DNA of 62,719 nucleotides, filler included, from Chiloscyllium plagiosum (lineage: Eukaryota), in NCBI RefSeq assembly GCF_004010195.1. It is 4 parts of one record of this genome, joined end to end, with 100 filler letters (N's around TTAATTAATTAA, not from the genome) between each part and the next. Parts side by side here need not be neighbours in the genome. Positions count along the whole stretch, not along the records: positions 1 to 25,691 come from NC_057710.1; 3 more parts are not named here. One strand, given 5' to 3'. The notes beneath the pieces are model-generated. The model worked only from the letters and a program-made list of their open reading frames with translations, did not search any database and was not told the DNA's origin. Made by a program: the position numbers and the translations under genes. Below are positions 1 to 12,720 of this stretch, piece by piece (positions within the stretch are counted from its first letter, which is position 1; the number at the start of each line of letters is the position of its first letter).

Positions 1-240
1 CAGACAGACTCAAATGCTGACCGACAGGCATACACACAGACACACATACACACACATACACCCACACAGACCCAAATGCTGACTGACAGGCATACACACA
101 GACACACATACACGCAGACACACAGACAGACCCAAATGCTGACCAACAGGCATACACACAGACACACACACAGACACACACACACACAGACCCAAATGCT
201 GACTGACAGGCATACACACAGACACATGCTCAGACACAGA
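1..240. repeat. CA-rich minisatellite, ~58-62 bp unit, ~4 copies
   Basis: GAC(T/C)CAAATGCTGAC..ACAGGCATACACACAGACACACA recurs about every 60 bp. Confidence 0.85.
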
Positions 241-841
241 CATGTTGTCTATTTACGTTCTGAGTCTCTCTCCCTCTGTAGGCCTTGACTGTTTTCTTGA
301 TGTTTGTAAAGTGAAATGGGAAAAAGAACTGTTTTAAAAACCAACGTTGGTGGAACAGGTTTTTCTATGTTTTCAAGGTGAGGTGCTGGCCCTCAGTGTG
401 AGTGCTGGAGATTCAGCTGGCAACAAGTAGCTGATCGGTCTGTGCAGTGCTGACTTGATATTGATGATAATCTTGACTCATGGACCACTGCAAGAGGTGA
501 TGGCTTCTCTCTGTTTGAGATTAAAATGTGCCATAATAACTGATAAAAGGCAGTTTATTTTCACTCACTAGTTACTCCAAGTTCTGGCATTTCCCCAGTA
601 ATTTCACAACTTTGCTTCAATTGCCTGTGCTGCTATAAACAAATGCAGAAAAGTGTAGAGTTGAGAGATTGAAGCACAGAAACTCACTGAGTGAACTGAT
701 CCTGTGTGTGGACCCTGTGGATAGCGCCCAATGATTTAGCTCTCACCCATCCCAGCAACGTGTTTTTCTGCCTCTTTTTGTCTCTGTGTAAGTATGGGCT
801 GTTTTGAATGGAGTGAGAGTTGGACAGGTCAAATTCTAAGT

Positions 842-1035
842 CAGCAGTGGTGGAGCCTGGTACAATTACAACATTTAAGAGGCATTTGGATGGGTATATG
901 AATAGGAAGGGTTTGGAGGGATATTGGCAGGTGGGACTAGATTGGGTTGGGATATCTGGTTGGCATGGACGGGTTGGACCGAAGGGTCTGTTTCCATGCT
1001 GTACATCTCTATGACTCGATGACTCGATGACTGTA
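842..1035 (+). mobile_element. CR1-type LINE 3' end
   Basis: ORF2 C-terminus VVEPGTITTFKRHLDGYMNRKGLEGY, 3' UTR GGGTTGGACCGAAGGGTCTGTTTCC and (CTATGACT)-like tail; near-identical to copies at 13795-14085 and 21036-21385. Confidence 0.85.
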
Positions 1036-1780
1036 TGAGTTCCTGGTTGTTTCCCAAAGCTGTGCTCTTTCTTTGTCATGTGTAATGTTTCCGGCTAAAT
1101 ACAAAGTCCTAGTTCATGATTTCTGTATAAGCTGGGGCAGAAATCAGACTGATATACCTTTGTAAACATCTGCCATTGGCCAGGGCAGAGTCTCTGCCAA
1201 TGGACGCCGGGTGGATGTTCAGGTGAAGTCATCAGCATGTTGTAATTTGTTAAGGAATAATTGGTAGGAGTCATGATAATTGGTAGTGGGCTATCTGTGT
1301 CACTGGGTATAGGTTGGTCTCAGGGGTGAGGAGGTATTGGAGGTTTCAGTGAGTTTAAAAGTGGATAAATCCCCAGGCCCCAAAGAATTATATTTTGGAT
1401 GTCAGCAAGGCCTTTGACAAGTCCCACATGGGAAACTGATAAAGAGGGTAAAAGCACGTGGGACCCAGAGTTGGTTGGCAAGATGGACTCAAAATTGGCT
1501 CAGTGACAGGAAACAGAGAGTGGTGGTAGAAGTGTGTGACTGGAACCTGATGTGCAGGGAGGTACCAATGGAAGAGTCTGTGCTATCTGGGCTGGCTGAG
1601 CGGAGGGTCCTGTGTAAGGGGTGGTGATCTCTGCTAATACGCAGTCTGTGTCAATGGGGGCAGTGTGCCTGTTGGGTATTCTGTCTCTATCTCTGACAGC
1701 TTATGGCAGTGCAGTATCTGCTTCTCCTCCCTGAGGCCAGGTTCTCTCGCGATTGTAATATTGTTTCTAATGTTTTTCAG

Positions 1781-1903
1781 ATGCTGTAAGGAACAGAAAA
1801 CAAAGGAAGGAGAAGGTGAAGGAGACAGTGAGAGTAGTGAAGAAGAAGAACAAGGTGAAGAAGCCACTAAATGGTGATAAAGAGGGAGAGAAAGCTCAGC
1901 AAG
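1781..1903 (+). CDS. CPXM1: CPXM1-like exon (basic N-terminal region, AVRNRKQRKEKVKETVRVVKKKNKVKKP...)
   Basis: tgtttttcag acceptor, gt donor at 1904; 123 nt, phase 1-1, splices in frame to the 3600 exon; VRVVKKKNKV resembles CPXM1 VRIRVIKKKKV. Confidence 0.7.
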
Positions 1904-2039
1904 GTGTGTTAATCCTGTTACATCTGAACCCGAGCAAAATGACAGGATGGAGGCTGTTGTCTGATTTTCCCACATTCCCAGCAATCAGTCAAGAACAGTC
2001 CCTTGTTGATAATCCACAGGGCAACATGAATAAAAAACA

Positions 2040-3430
2040 TCTGAATGTGAGAACCAGGGGCAGGAGCAGGCGGTCTGGTCCCTCGAGCCCGCTCCATAAG
2101 ATCAGGGCTGATCTTTTCATGGCCTCAGCTCCACTCACCCACCCTCTCACCAGAACTCTTAACTCATTTACTGTTCAAAAAAATTATCTTAGCATTAAAA
2201 ACATTCAATGAGGAAGCTTTAAACACTTCCCTGGGCAGGGAATTCCACAGATTCACAACCCTTTGGGTGAAGAAATAAGTTCCTTCTCAATTCAGTCCAA
2301 AATCTGCTCCCCCTGATTTTGAGGCGATACCCCCTAGTTCTAGTTTCACCCCCACCCCAGTGAAAACAACCTCCCTGCTTCTATCCTTGTCATAATTTTA
2401 TATGTTTCCATAAGATTCCCCCTCATTCTTCAAAATTCCAGTGAATATAATCCCAGTCTACTCAGCCTCTCCGCATAAGCCAACCCTCTCAACTCTGGAA
2501 CCAACTGAGTGACCCTCCTCTGCACCCCCTCCAGTGCCAGTACATCCTTTCTCAAGTAAAGAGCGCAAATGTGCACACAGTACTCCAGGTGTGGCCTCAC
2601 CAGCACCCTATACAGCTGCAACATAACCTTCCTGCTTTTATACTAAATCCCTGTTATAATCAAGGACAGAATTCCGTTTTGCCTTCTTAATGACCTCCTG
2701 TACCTGCAGACCAACCTTCCGTGATTCATGTCCAAGAACACCCAGCTTCCTCTGCTCAGCAGCGTGCTGCAATTTTTTACCATTCAAATAATTGTCCTTT
2801 TACTGGTATTCTTATCAAAATGGATGACTTCACACTTATTAACATCTGCCAGACCTTTGCCGACTCACTCGCTGAGTTATCCACTGGGCAGTTAGTGCCC
2901 TTCAGCAGAGCTTCAAACAGCTGTCAGGCCTCCTGCTCCTGGCTGTAAAGAACAGTATATCCATTCGCGAATGATACTGTCCCCGACCACAGCCTCACTA
3001 CTCTCTCCTCCTCCCGCCTGACTGTCTCCCTGTCCCGAAGGCCATGATCAGTTTGATCATCCTTTCTGTAGTCCCCATTCTGATCCGCACAGCTTGCAGG
3101 AACCTGGGAATGTTGGACAGTTACAGAGGATAAGGCTCCTCAATGTGAGCCATCTGGGTGCCCACACCTGCCTCACTGGCAGTAACACTGCGATGTCCCT
3201 GATCACACATTAACATTGAATGACCTGGCCGGAAGATTGTGACCCCCAGCCCACCCTGGAGTAACTTTCCCCTTCCCGGACAGAGTGCCATATCTGCAGC
3301 TCAGACACCAGCTCCTCACATCAGATCCGAAATTCCTGAAGTTACAAATTCTTACCACAGATGTGTTCACTCGGGATCACATTGGGCTCCAGCAGCTCCC
3401 ACATGCAGCAGCAGCAGCACATCACCCAGC
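2040..3430 (-). mobile_element. CR1 LINE fragments (ORF2 C-terminus/3' end, plus ORF1 remnant)
   Basis: ORF 2430-2624 LQLYRVLVRPHLEYCVH...ALEGVQRRVT...RLSRLGLYSLE is a typical CR1 RT C-terminal motif. Confidence 0.8.
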
Positions 3431-3562
3431 CTGCCATCAGTATTGTATTTGATTTAACTGATAGATTAATTACCCAGGATTACCTGCTGATTACACTTCA
3501 CTAGACAGATACGTTGCTTTTATCAATGCAAAGACCATCTCTATACTTTCTGCTTCATCTGA

Positions 3563-3775
<213 letters not shown>

Positions 3776-5414
3776 TAGGAAACCGCTGTCACTGGCTGAG
3801 CACCATCTGTCGCTCACCCCTAATTGCCCTGGAGAGGGTGCTGATGAGGAAATTAATGGAACTAAATAGTAATAAATGACAGTTTCCATCCAAGGATGTT
3901 CAAGGAAATGGGAACACGTAGAGACTTGAATTTTTCAGAGTTCCTGAGAGACAGGTGTTGTCCCTCGAGATTCAAACAGATCCAGCAGCTCAAGACTGGG
4001 CATCCAAGAGGCGCTGTGGGCCATCAACAGCAGCAGGATTATACTCCAACACAATCTGTAACCTCGTGGTCTGACATATCCCCCACTCAACCATTACCAC
4101 CAAGCACGGGGATCAACCTGGGTTCAGTGGAGAGTACAGGAGATCATGCCAGGAGCAGCACCACGCAGACCTGAAGGTGGTGAAGCCATGAAACTGCACT
4201 CATCCATCTCATATGATCAAACATCACTAACCAGTCTCCCATGTGGTATCTTGTCAGAGGTCTTACTGAGGTCCATGTCGACAAAATCCGATGCTCTGCC
4301 TTCATTTATCTTCTTGGTCACTTCTTCAGAAAACTCAAACCAAGACATGTATTTTTACCCAAGAACCCATGCTGACTATCCCTAATCAGTCCTTACATGT
4401 AGATCCTAATTCTCAGAATCACATCAAACAACTTACCCAGCACTGATATCACTGCTGTGTAGTTCCCTGGCTTTTCCTTGCAGCCTTTCCCATGTAATGG
4501 CACATTGTCCACCCTCCTATCCTCTGGACCTCCCCTATGACCATCGATGATCCAAATAGCTCTGCTGGGGTCCCACAATTTCTTCCCTAGCTTCCCACAA
4601 TCTCCTGGATACACATGATCAGGTCCTGGGGATGTTAGATCTTTACATGTTTTAAGAGCTCCAGCACCTCCTCTTCTTTAATGTGGACCTTTCTAACGTA
4701 TCACTATTTATTCCTAGAGTTCCCTCACTTCCTTGTCTTTCTCCACAGTGAAACTGACTCAAAACATTAATTTAGTACCTTACCCATGTCCTGTCGCTCC
4801 AGCGTGGATAGCATCATTCACGGGCCCTATTCTCTCTCTAGTTACTCTTTTACCCTTAATATGCCTGTAGAATCTCTTTGGATTCTCCTTAATCTTATCT
4901 GCCAAAGCTATCTCATGTCCCCTTTGTGCCTTCCTGATTTCCTCCTTACTCCTGCACGTCTATACTCCTCAAGGGATTTGCTTGATCCCAGCTGTCTATA
5001 CCTGACACTGCCTCCTTTTTCTTGACCAGAGCCTCAATATCCCTCGTCACCCAGTGTTCCCTATTCCTGCCGGCCTTACCCTTCACACTAACAGGGACAT
5101 GCTGGCCCTGAACTCTCGTCATCTTGTTATTGATAGCCTTCCACTTGCCACATGTTCCCTTTACCTGTGCACAGCCTTCCCCAGTCAACGTTTGCAAGTT
5201 CCATCTAACACCATTAAGATTAGCTTTGCCCCAGTTTAGAACTTTAACTTATACACCAGCTCAATCCTTTTCCATATCTATTTTAAAACTAAAACAATTA
5301 TGGTCACTGGTTCCAAAGTGCTTCCCCACTGCCACCTCAGTCACTTGCCCTGCCTTATTTCCCACGAGGAGGTCAGGTTTATCCCTTCCCTAAGGCGATT
5401 TAAGAACACACTTA

Positions 5415-5668
5415 CCCCCCCCTCCCACTCCACCGAGGATATGCAGGTCATTGGACTCATCCACCGCCAAACCACAACAACCCGACGGTCGGAGGAGGAG
5501 CGTCTTATCTTCCGACTGGGAACTCCTCCATGTCCCTCCTCCCTACCTTTTATCTTCTCCTGCTGAACACTCTCTGCTCATTCCTGAAGAAGGGCCTGTG
5601 CCCGAAACGTCGAATCTCCTGTTCCCTGGATGCTGCCTGACCTGCTGTGCTGTTCCAGCAATAAAGTT
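5415..5668 (+). mobile_element. Penelope-like (Neptune-type) 3' fragment with hammerhead
   Basis: HSTEDMQVIGLIHRQTTTTRRSEEERLIFRLGT is the GIY-YIG C-terminus; flanked by an 8-bp direct repeat CACACTTA (5407-5414, 5669-5676). Confidence 0.8.
5580..5615 (+). ncRNA. Minimal type-I hammerhead ribozyme motif
   Basis: ATTC-CTGAAGA-A-GGGC CTGT GCCC-GAAA-CG-TC^-GAAT: core, stem II, ATTC/GAAT stem I and palindromic ACGT in place of stem III. Confidence 0.8.
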
Positions 5669-6838
5669 CACACTTAATAAATTCCTCCCTATCCAAGCCC
5701 CTTATCCTATGACAATTCCAGTCTATGTTTGGAAAGGTGGAATCCCCTACTATTAGAAACCTATTATTCTTCCAGCCACCTGTAATTCCCTGACCTATTT
5801 GCTCCTCAACTTCCCACTGACTATTCAGGGGCCTATGGTACAATCCCATCAAAGTGATCACCCCTTTCTTTCTCAGTTCCACCCAGACAGCTTCACTGGA
5901 TGATTCCCCCAGGAATATCCTCTCTCAGTACTGCCATGTTGTTTTCCTTAATGAGAAAGACCAGTCCCCCCTCCTGTCATGCCTCCCCCTCTATCCTTCC
6001 TATAGCCTCTGGACCCCAGAATGTTTAGCTGCCAGTCCTGTCCCTCCCTCTAAAAATTAGGGCCAGATCTAATTCAGGAGAGATGTTTGGAAGCACTTCG
6101 ACACAAGGGGTGCTCTTCCACAAACAGCAGTGGGTCTGGGATTGCTGACCTTGTTTAAGGTTAACTCTGAGATAGATAATTGTTTGGTTTATCAAGGGTA
6201 TTAGTGATATGGACCAAATGCAGGTAAATGGAGTTAGGCTACAAATCAGCCCCGATTTCATGGGACAGGCTCAAAGGGCAGAATGGCCTACTTCTGTTCC
6301 TGTGTTTCTTGATTGAATTTTAAAGACAACCTCAATGAAAATGAGTCCCATTCCAAAAAATGATATTAATCCATATATTTTAATAAAAACTATGAATTTT
6401 ATATTAATATTGCAGGAACACTGTCACATCCAAGAGACACTGTTGTGGCACAGTGACAACATCGCTGCAGAGTAGAACCATCGAAATGCTACAGCACAGA
6501 AAGGGGCCATTCAGCTCATCCTGTCCATGCTGACCCAAAGAGCCCTAGTTCCTTTTCTAACCTTACCTTCCTGCACATGGGCCATAGCCCTGCCACTTAC
6601 AGCACTTAACGTGTAGATCCAGGGACTTTTTAAAGGAGTTTAGGGTCTCAGTCTCCAACACCAACTCAGGCAACAAATTCCAGGCACCCACCAACCCTTG
6701 CAGAAAAAGATTTGTCCTCCCGTTCCCTCTCATTCTTCTGCCACGTATCCATAACCATGAATTTTGAACTTTCTGCCATCTACCTTATCCCTATCCCTCA
6801 GCAGTGCATCGCTGTTCTTGTATTCTAGCCCTACTGAA

Positions 6839-7033
6839 GATGTGGAGGTGCTGGTGTTGGCCTGGGGTGTACAAAGTTAAAACTCACACAACACCAGGTT
6901 ATAGTCCAACAGGTTTATTTGGTAGCACTAACTTTCGGAGTGCTGTTACCTGATGAAGGAGCAGCGCTGTGAAAGCTATTACTCCCAAACAAAGCTGTTG
7001 TTCTGTAACCTGTGTTGTGTGATTTTTAACTTT
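6839..7033. mobile_element. Palindromic non-autonomous Penelope-related insertion with hammerhead motif (core 6950-6978, +)
   Basis: Two inverted copies of the same ~100-bp unit; CTGATGA-AGGAGCAGCGCTGT-GAAA-GCTA; flanked by GCCCTACTGAA/GCCGTACTGAA. Confidence 0.7.
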
Positions 7034-7044
7034 GCCGTACTGAA

Positions 7045-8259
7045 ATGAATACTAACATTGCATTTCCCTTCCTAACTGCCAACTGAACCTGCATGTTAAC
7101 CTTAAGAGAATCCTGAACTGGGACTCCCAAGTCCCTTTGTGCTTCAGACTTCTGAAGCTTTTCCCTGTTTGGAAAACAGTCTACACCTCGATTCTTCCTC
7201 CTTCACACTCCACCATTTTGTATTCCATCTCTCACGTCTTTGCACACTCTCCTCTTGTGTCCACGTCTTTCTGCAGCACCAGCACTTCCTCCACACTACC
7301 TCTCCCTCCACCTACCTTTGTCTCACCTACAAACTTAACAAAAATGCCCTCACCTACTTTGTCCAGTTCAGTAATGTATAACATGAACAGTTGTGGTCCT
7401 AAATTGCACCCTTGTGGAACTCGACTAGTCAAGAGCTGCCATCTTGAAAAGACTCCTTTATCCCTACTCTCTGCTTTCTGCCAATCTTCAATCCATGCTG
7501 GGAGCTTGTCCCTAACACCATGGACTCTTATCTTATTTAGCAGTCTTCTGTGCGGCACCTTATCAAAGGCCTTCTGGAAATCCAAATTTATCATTTCCAC
7601 TGGCTCTCCTTTATCTAACTTGCTTGTTACTTTCTATAGGAATTCTCACAGATTTGTCAGGCATAACCTTCTCTTGACAAAACGATGCTGGCTCCACCCT
7701 ATTTTACCATGCACTTCCAAGTTTCATGCAATCTCATCCTTAATGATGGATGCCAAAATCTTACCAATGACTGAGGTCAGGCTAACCAGCCTATAGTTTC
7801 CTATCTTCTGCCGCCCTCCCTCTTAAACAGGGGTGTCACATTACCATTTCCCAGTCCTCTGGGACCCTCCTTGACTCCAGTAATTCCTGAAAGATCACCA
7901 CCCATGTCTCTACAGTCTCCTCAGCTGTCTCCTTCAGAACTCTGGGGTGCGGTCGCCTGGTCTGGGCGATTTATTCAGACCTTTCAACATCCCCAGCACC
8001 TTCTCCTTAGTGATGGCCACTACACTTACCTCTGTCCCCTGACTCTCCTGAAATTCTGGTGTGCTGCTGTTATCTTTCATTGTGAAAACTAATGTAAAGT
8101 ATTCAGTTCCTCTGCTATTTCTTTGTTCCCCATTACTATATCTCCAATTTCAGTTTCCACTGGTCCAATATCCACTCTTGTCTGTCTGTCAGTCAGTCAG
8201 TCAGTCAGTCAGTCAGTCAGTCAGTCAGTCAGTCTGTCTGTCTGTCTGTCAGTCTGTCA

Positions 8260-8305
<46 letters not shown>

Positions 8306-8565
8306 TACCTTTTAGATGTCTAAAAGAATTTTCCAATCTTCCTTTATATTACTAGTTAGCTTACCCTTGTATTTCATCTTCTCCCCGCATTATTTCTTCT
8401 TTAGTTACCTCTGCTGGTTTTTAAAGGCTTCCCACTAATCTTTACTACAGTGTTAATGCTTTTCCTTTTGCTGTTATGCTGTCCCTGACTTCCCTTATCA
8501 GCCACGGTTGCCTCATCCTCCACTTCTTCCTCGGGGTAAAATTCTGCTGTGTGTTCTCAATTACT
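7045..8565 (-). mobile_element. CR1 LINE RT fragment
   Basis: INLDFQKAFDKVPHRRLLNKIRVHG...VPQGCNLGPQLF (ORF 7232-7600). Confidence 0.88.
8180..8303. repeat. Compound microsatellite (TCAG)n/(TCTG)n/(TC)n
   Basis: Direct reading. Confidence 0.95.
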
Positions 8566-8575
8566 AAATGTACAG

Positions 8576-9190
8576 GGTGTAGGTTTGCTCGCTGAGCTGT
8601 AGGTTTGATATCCAGACGTTTCATTACCTGGCTAGGTAACATCATCAGTGGCGACCTCCAAGTGAAGCGAAGCTGTTGTCTCCTGCTTTCTATTTATATC
8701 TTTCTCCTGGATGGGGTTCCTGGGGTTTGTGGTGATGTCATTTCCTGTTCGTTTTCTGAGGGGTTGATAGATGGCATCTAGATCTGTGTGGTTGTTTATG
8801 GCGTTGTGGTTAGAGTGCCAGGTCTCTAGGAATTCTCTGGCATGTCTTTGCTTAGCCTGTCCCAGGATAGATGTGTTGTCCCAGTCGACTTGGTGGTTTT
8901 TGTCATCCATGTGTAGGGCTACGAGGGAGAGAGGGTCGTGTCTTTTTGTGGTTAGCTGGTGTTCGTGTATCCTGGTGGCTAACTTTCTTCCTGTTTGTCC
9001 TACGGAGTGTTTGTGGCAGTCCTTGCATGGAACTTTGTAGGTGAAGTTGGTTTTGTCCATGGGTTGTACTGGGTCTTTTAAGTTTGTTAGTTTTTGTTTG
9101 AGAGTGTTGGTGGGTTTGTGTGCTACTAGGATTCCGAGGGGTCTTAGTAGTGTGGCTGTCATTTCTGAAACGTCTTTGATGTATGTTTAC
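8576..9190 (-). mobile_element. Penelope-like (Poseidon-type) retroelement 3' part with GIY-YIG endonuclease remnant
   Basis: ORF 8632-9162 ...KDPVQPMDKTNFTYKVPCKDCHKHSVGQTGRKLATRIHEH... (degenerate GIY-YIG, CxxC) followed by a hammerhead. Confidence 0.88.
8612..8651 (-). ncRNA. Minimal type-I hammerhead ribozyme motif
   Basis: Minus strand CCA-CTGATGA-T-GTTACCT AGCC AGGTAAT-GAAA-CG-TC^-TGG: 7-bp stem II, CCA/TGG stem I, ACGT palindrome. Confidence 0.85.
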
Positions 9191-9633
9191 AGTCACACAC
9201 ACTGAGCCTGCATGATGATCCTAAACTGGTTGTCGGCATAATTCTGCGCACACTCAGGATTATTTAGCAAAGGAAGATTGGTGGTCAATTGTCAGTCATC
9301 ATTCACTGTTCCATACTCCCTGTATCTCTGCCAATCAGAGACCTCTTACTAACCAACCAGCCTGTTGCTCTCCTAAAGTATCAGTGTTACTCTCCCATTG
9401 CTGTATATTGTTCTGATGAGTCAAGTCCAAAACCAGCTTATTGCTGAGCTCCTGCAGCAGTTTAAGTAGCTCCCACTGGCTCTTCAATTGGACTCAGAAC
9501 TGTCCTCGAGAGAATCTTCCTGAGAATCAGAGATCTGTTCCAGTGGGGCCAGCAGTTCCAGGCTGTCTTCCCTTTCCCTCCCTGATCTCTTTCCCTCTCT
9601 CTCTCTCACTCTCTCTCTCTCATGTTTGTTTAG

Positions 9634-9774
<141 letters not shown>

Positions 9775-10557
9775 TAAGCAGTGGGAAATGATTGTCCTCT
9801 CTCTCTCTATTTGTAATGTTAACTTTGTCTAATCAGTGTGAGCTGTGATTACACTCAGCAGCAGTGAGTGGCCAGACTGAGGGAGATACAGAGCGAAAAA
9901 GGCTTCCAGAGAATTCAAGACGTTTTATTTTCTCATGGAATGTGGGTGTCACCGGCTGGGCCCAGCATTTATTGCCCCTTGAGAAGGTGGGGGTGAGCTG
10001 CCTCCTTGAACCGCTGCAGTCCATGTGCTGAGGGTTGACCCCCAATGCCCTTTGGGAGGGAATTCCAGGATTCTGACCCAGCGACAGTGAAAGAACGGCG
10101 ATATATTTCCAAGTCAGGGTGGTGAGCGTCTCAGAGGGGACTTGCAGGGGGTGGTGTTCCCATGTATCTGCTGCCCTTGTCCTTCCACCCAGCAGTTCCC
10201 CATGGCTGGATCTGAACCACCTACTTTCCGCAGGCTAGATTAGACAGCATCAGTTTAGGAACACAGGAACAGGAGCAGACCATTCAGCCCATTGAACCTG
10301 CCCTGCCAGTCAATCCAATCACGGCTGGTGAAAGTCTTCACTGTATTTCTTGGAGCTGATCCCCTGTATACCCGAGGAACCCGAAATCTCTCAGTCTCTA
10401 CCGACAACATACTCAAAGGCTGCACCTCCGCAGCCCTCTGACTTGAGATGGTGAAAGGTTCACAAGTCTCCGAGCAAAAACAAAGTCGCCTCATCTCTGA
10501 CTTCAGTGGCACTCCCTTGCTTTTAACGTTGTGCACCCAGTTTGAGACTCTCCAGTC

Positions 10558-11684
10558 TGGAACCTGCCTATCCCTGAAAGGGTTGGACCTGCCTATCCTG
10601 GAAAGGGTTGGACCTACCTATCCCTGAAAGGGTTGGACCTGCCTATCCCGGGAAGGGTTGGACCTGCCTATTCCGGAAAGGGTTGGACCTGCCTATTCCA
10701 GGAAGGGTTGGACCTGCCTATTCCGGAAAGGGTTGGACCTGCCTATCCCGGAAAGGGTTGGACCTGCCTATCCAGGAAAGGGTTGAACCTGCCTATTCCG
10801 GAAAGGGTTGGACCTGACTATCCCTGAAAGGGTTGGACCTGCCTATCCCGGAAAGGGTTGGACCTGCCTATCCCGAAAAGGGTTGGACCTGCCTATCCCG
10901 GGAAGGGTTGAACCTGCCTATTCCGGAAAGGGTTGGACCTGACTATCCCGGAAAGGGTTGGACCTGCCTATCCCGGAAAGGGTTGGACCTGCCTATCCTG
11001 GGAAGGGTTGGACCTGCCTATCCCTGAAAGGGTTGGACCTGCCTATCCCGGGAAGGGTTGGACCTGCCTATTCCAGAAAGGGTTGGACCTGCCTATCCCG
11101 GGAAGGGTTGGACCTGCCTATCCCGGAAAGGGTTGGACCTGCCTATTCCAGAAAGGGTTGGACCTGCCTATCCCGGAAAGGGTTGAACCTGCCTATCCCT
11201 GAAAGGGTTGGACCTGCCTATCCCGGAAAGGCTTGGACCTGCCTATCCCTGAAAGGGTTGGACCTGCCTATTCCAGGAAAGGGTTGGACCTGCCTATCCC
11301 GCAAAGGGTTGAACCTGCCTATCCCGGAAAGGCTTGGACCTGCCTATCCCTGAAAGGGTTGGACCTGCCTATCCCTGAAAGGGTTGGACCTGCCTATCCC
11401 TGAATGGCTTGGACCTGCCTATCCCGGGAAGGGTTGGACCTGCCTATTCCGGAAAGGGTTGGACCTGCCTATCCCTGAAAGGGTTGGACCTGCCTATCCT
11501 GGGAAGGGTTGGACCTGCCTATCCCTGAAAGGGTTGGACCTGCCTATCCTGGAAAGGCTTGGACCTGCCTATTCCAGGAAGGGTTGGACCTGCCTATCCC
11601 GGAAAGGGTTGGACCTGCCTATCCCGGGAAGGGTTGGACCTGCCTATCCCTGAAAGGGTTGGACCTGCCTATCCCGGAAAGGGT
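10558..11684. repeat. 25-bp minisatellite (GGAAAGGGTTGGACCTGCCTATCCC), ~45 copies, embedded in a minus-strand CR1 3' fragment
   Basis: Direct reading; no unique spacers. Confidence 0.95.
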
Positions 11685-12169
11685 TTTCAATGAGATCCCC
11701 TCTCATTCTTCAAAACACTCGACAATACAGACCCAGTTTGTCCAGTCTCTCATCATGGCATAGTCCCACCACTCCGGGTATCAGTCTCATCATCCTGGCG
11801 TCCTGAGGAAAGGTTACTGGACCTGAAACATTAACTCAGTTTCTCTCTCCTCAGGCGCTGCATGACCTGCTGAGTCTCTCCAGCATGTTTTGTTGGTGGT
11901 GGTGGTGGTGAGCCTTTGTTGCATTCCCAATATGACAATGAGATCTTTCCTGAAAGCAGGAGGCCATGAAAACAGGGGACAGTTTGAGGAATAGATGCTT
12001 TCATAATCACCTTTCTACCTTCTAGCAGCTCTAGAATGGTTTCTGCGGATTGCACTGACACAGTGCACATCCATTAGAGGTTTGTCAACTCAACGGGTCA
12101 TTGAGTAAAACTGCACACAGCACCCCAGCAGCAGACTAGCCAAGCTCCTCTCCAGCATTTGTATTTAGC

Positions 12170-12720
12170 GTTGCTGTACTCAACTCCTGTTGTGGTCAAT
12201 GTTAATGCTTCATTCACCTTCTCATAGCTTCTGCACCTGGGTGTTAGCCTTTAGTGACTTTTCAATAAGGTACCCAGGTCCCTGTGTACAACTGTTCCAC
12301 CCCCTGAAAGAAACACTCTGCACCTCTGTTTCTCTGACCTCACATGTTTCCATGTTATATTCCATCAGCCATGTTCTGGCCCATTCATTGAGTCTGTCCA
12401 AATGCTCTTGAAGCAGCTTTACATCTTCCTCACACACACATTCTCCCACTTAGCTTTGTATCATTTCACAAATTTGGAAAGATTAAATTTGATCCTCACC
12501 TCCAAACCATTGCTCGGTATTATGAATTGTTGGGGCTCAACCAGTGATCCAGGTGGTGTCCTGTTTGTCAGAGACTGTCAATGTGAGAACAACCTATTCA
12601 TTCCTACTCTCTGTCTTCCGTCTATTTGTCAATCATTATATTAGCTTCTTCATTTTGTGCTTTAATCTTTCTAACTGGTCTTTTGTGGGGACTTTATCAA
12701 AAGCAAGCCGAAAATGTAAG
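12170..12720 (-). mobile_element. Degraded CR1 RT fragment
   Basis: LLQEHLDRLNEWARTWLMEYNMETCEV. Confidence 0.75.

Larger units (their letters stand above)
4215..6050 (-). mobile_element. Degraded CR1 ORF2 (endonuclease to RT), interrupted by a Penelope insertion
   Basis: ELRKKGVITLMGLYHRPLNS...VGDSTFPNIDW (APE endonuclease) and KEKPGNYTAVISVLGKLFD (RT). Confidence 0.8.

Noticed and set aside
1665..1877. ORF with hydrophobic stretch and acidic tail (membrane-peptide-like)
   Set aside because: Alternative frame of the CPXM1-like exon plus intron; the splice phase supports the basic frame
10558..11763. Regular 25-bp repeats (also the 48-bp and ~43-bp arrays) resembling CRISPR, and their ORFs
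   Set aside because: Head-to-tail units with no unique spacers, no cas genes, vertebrate context
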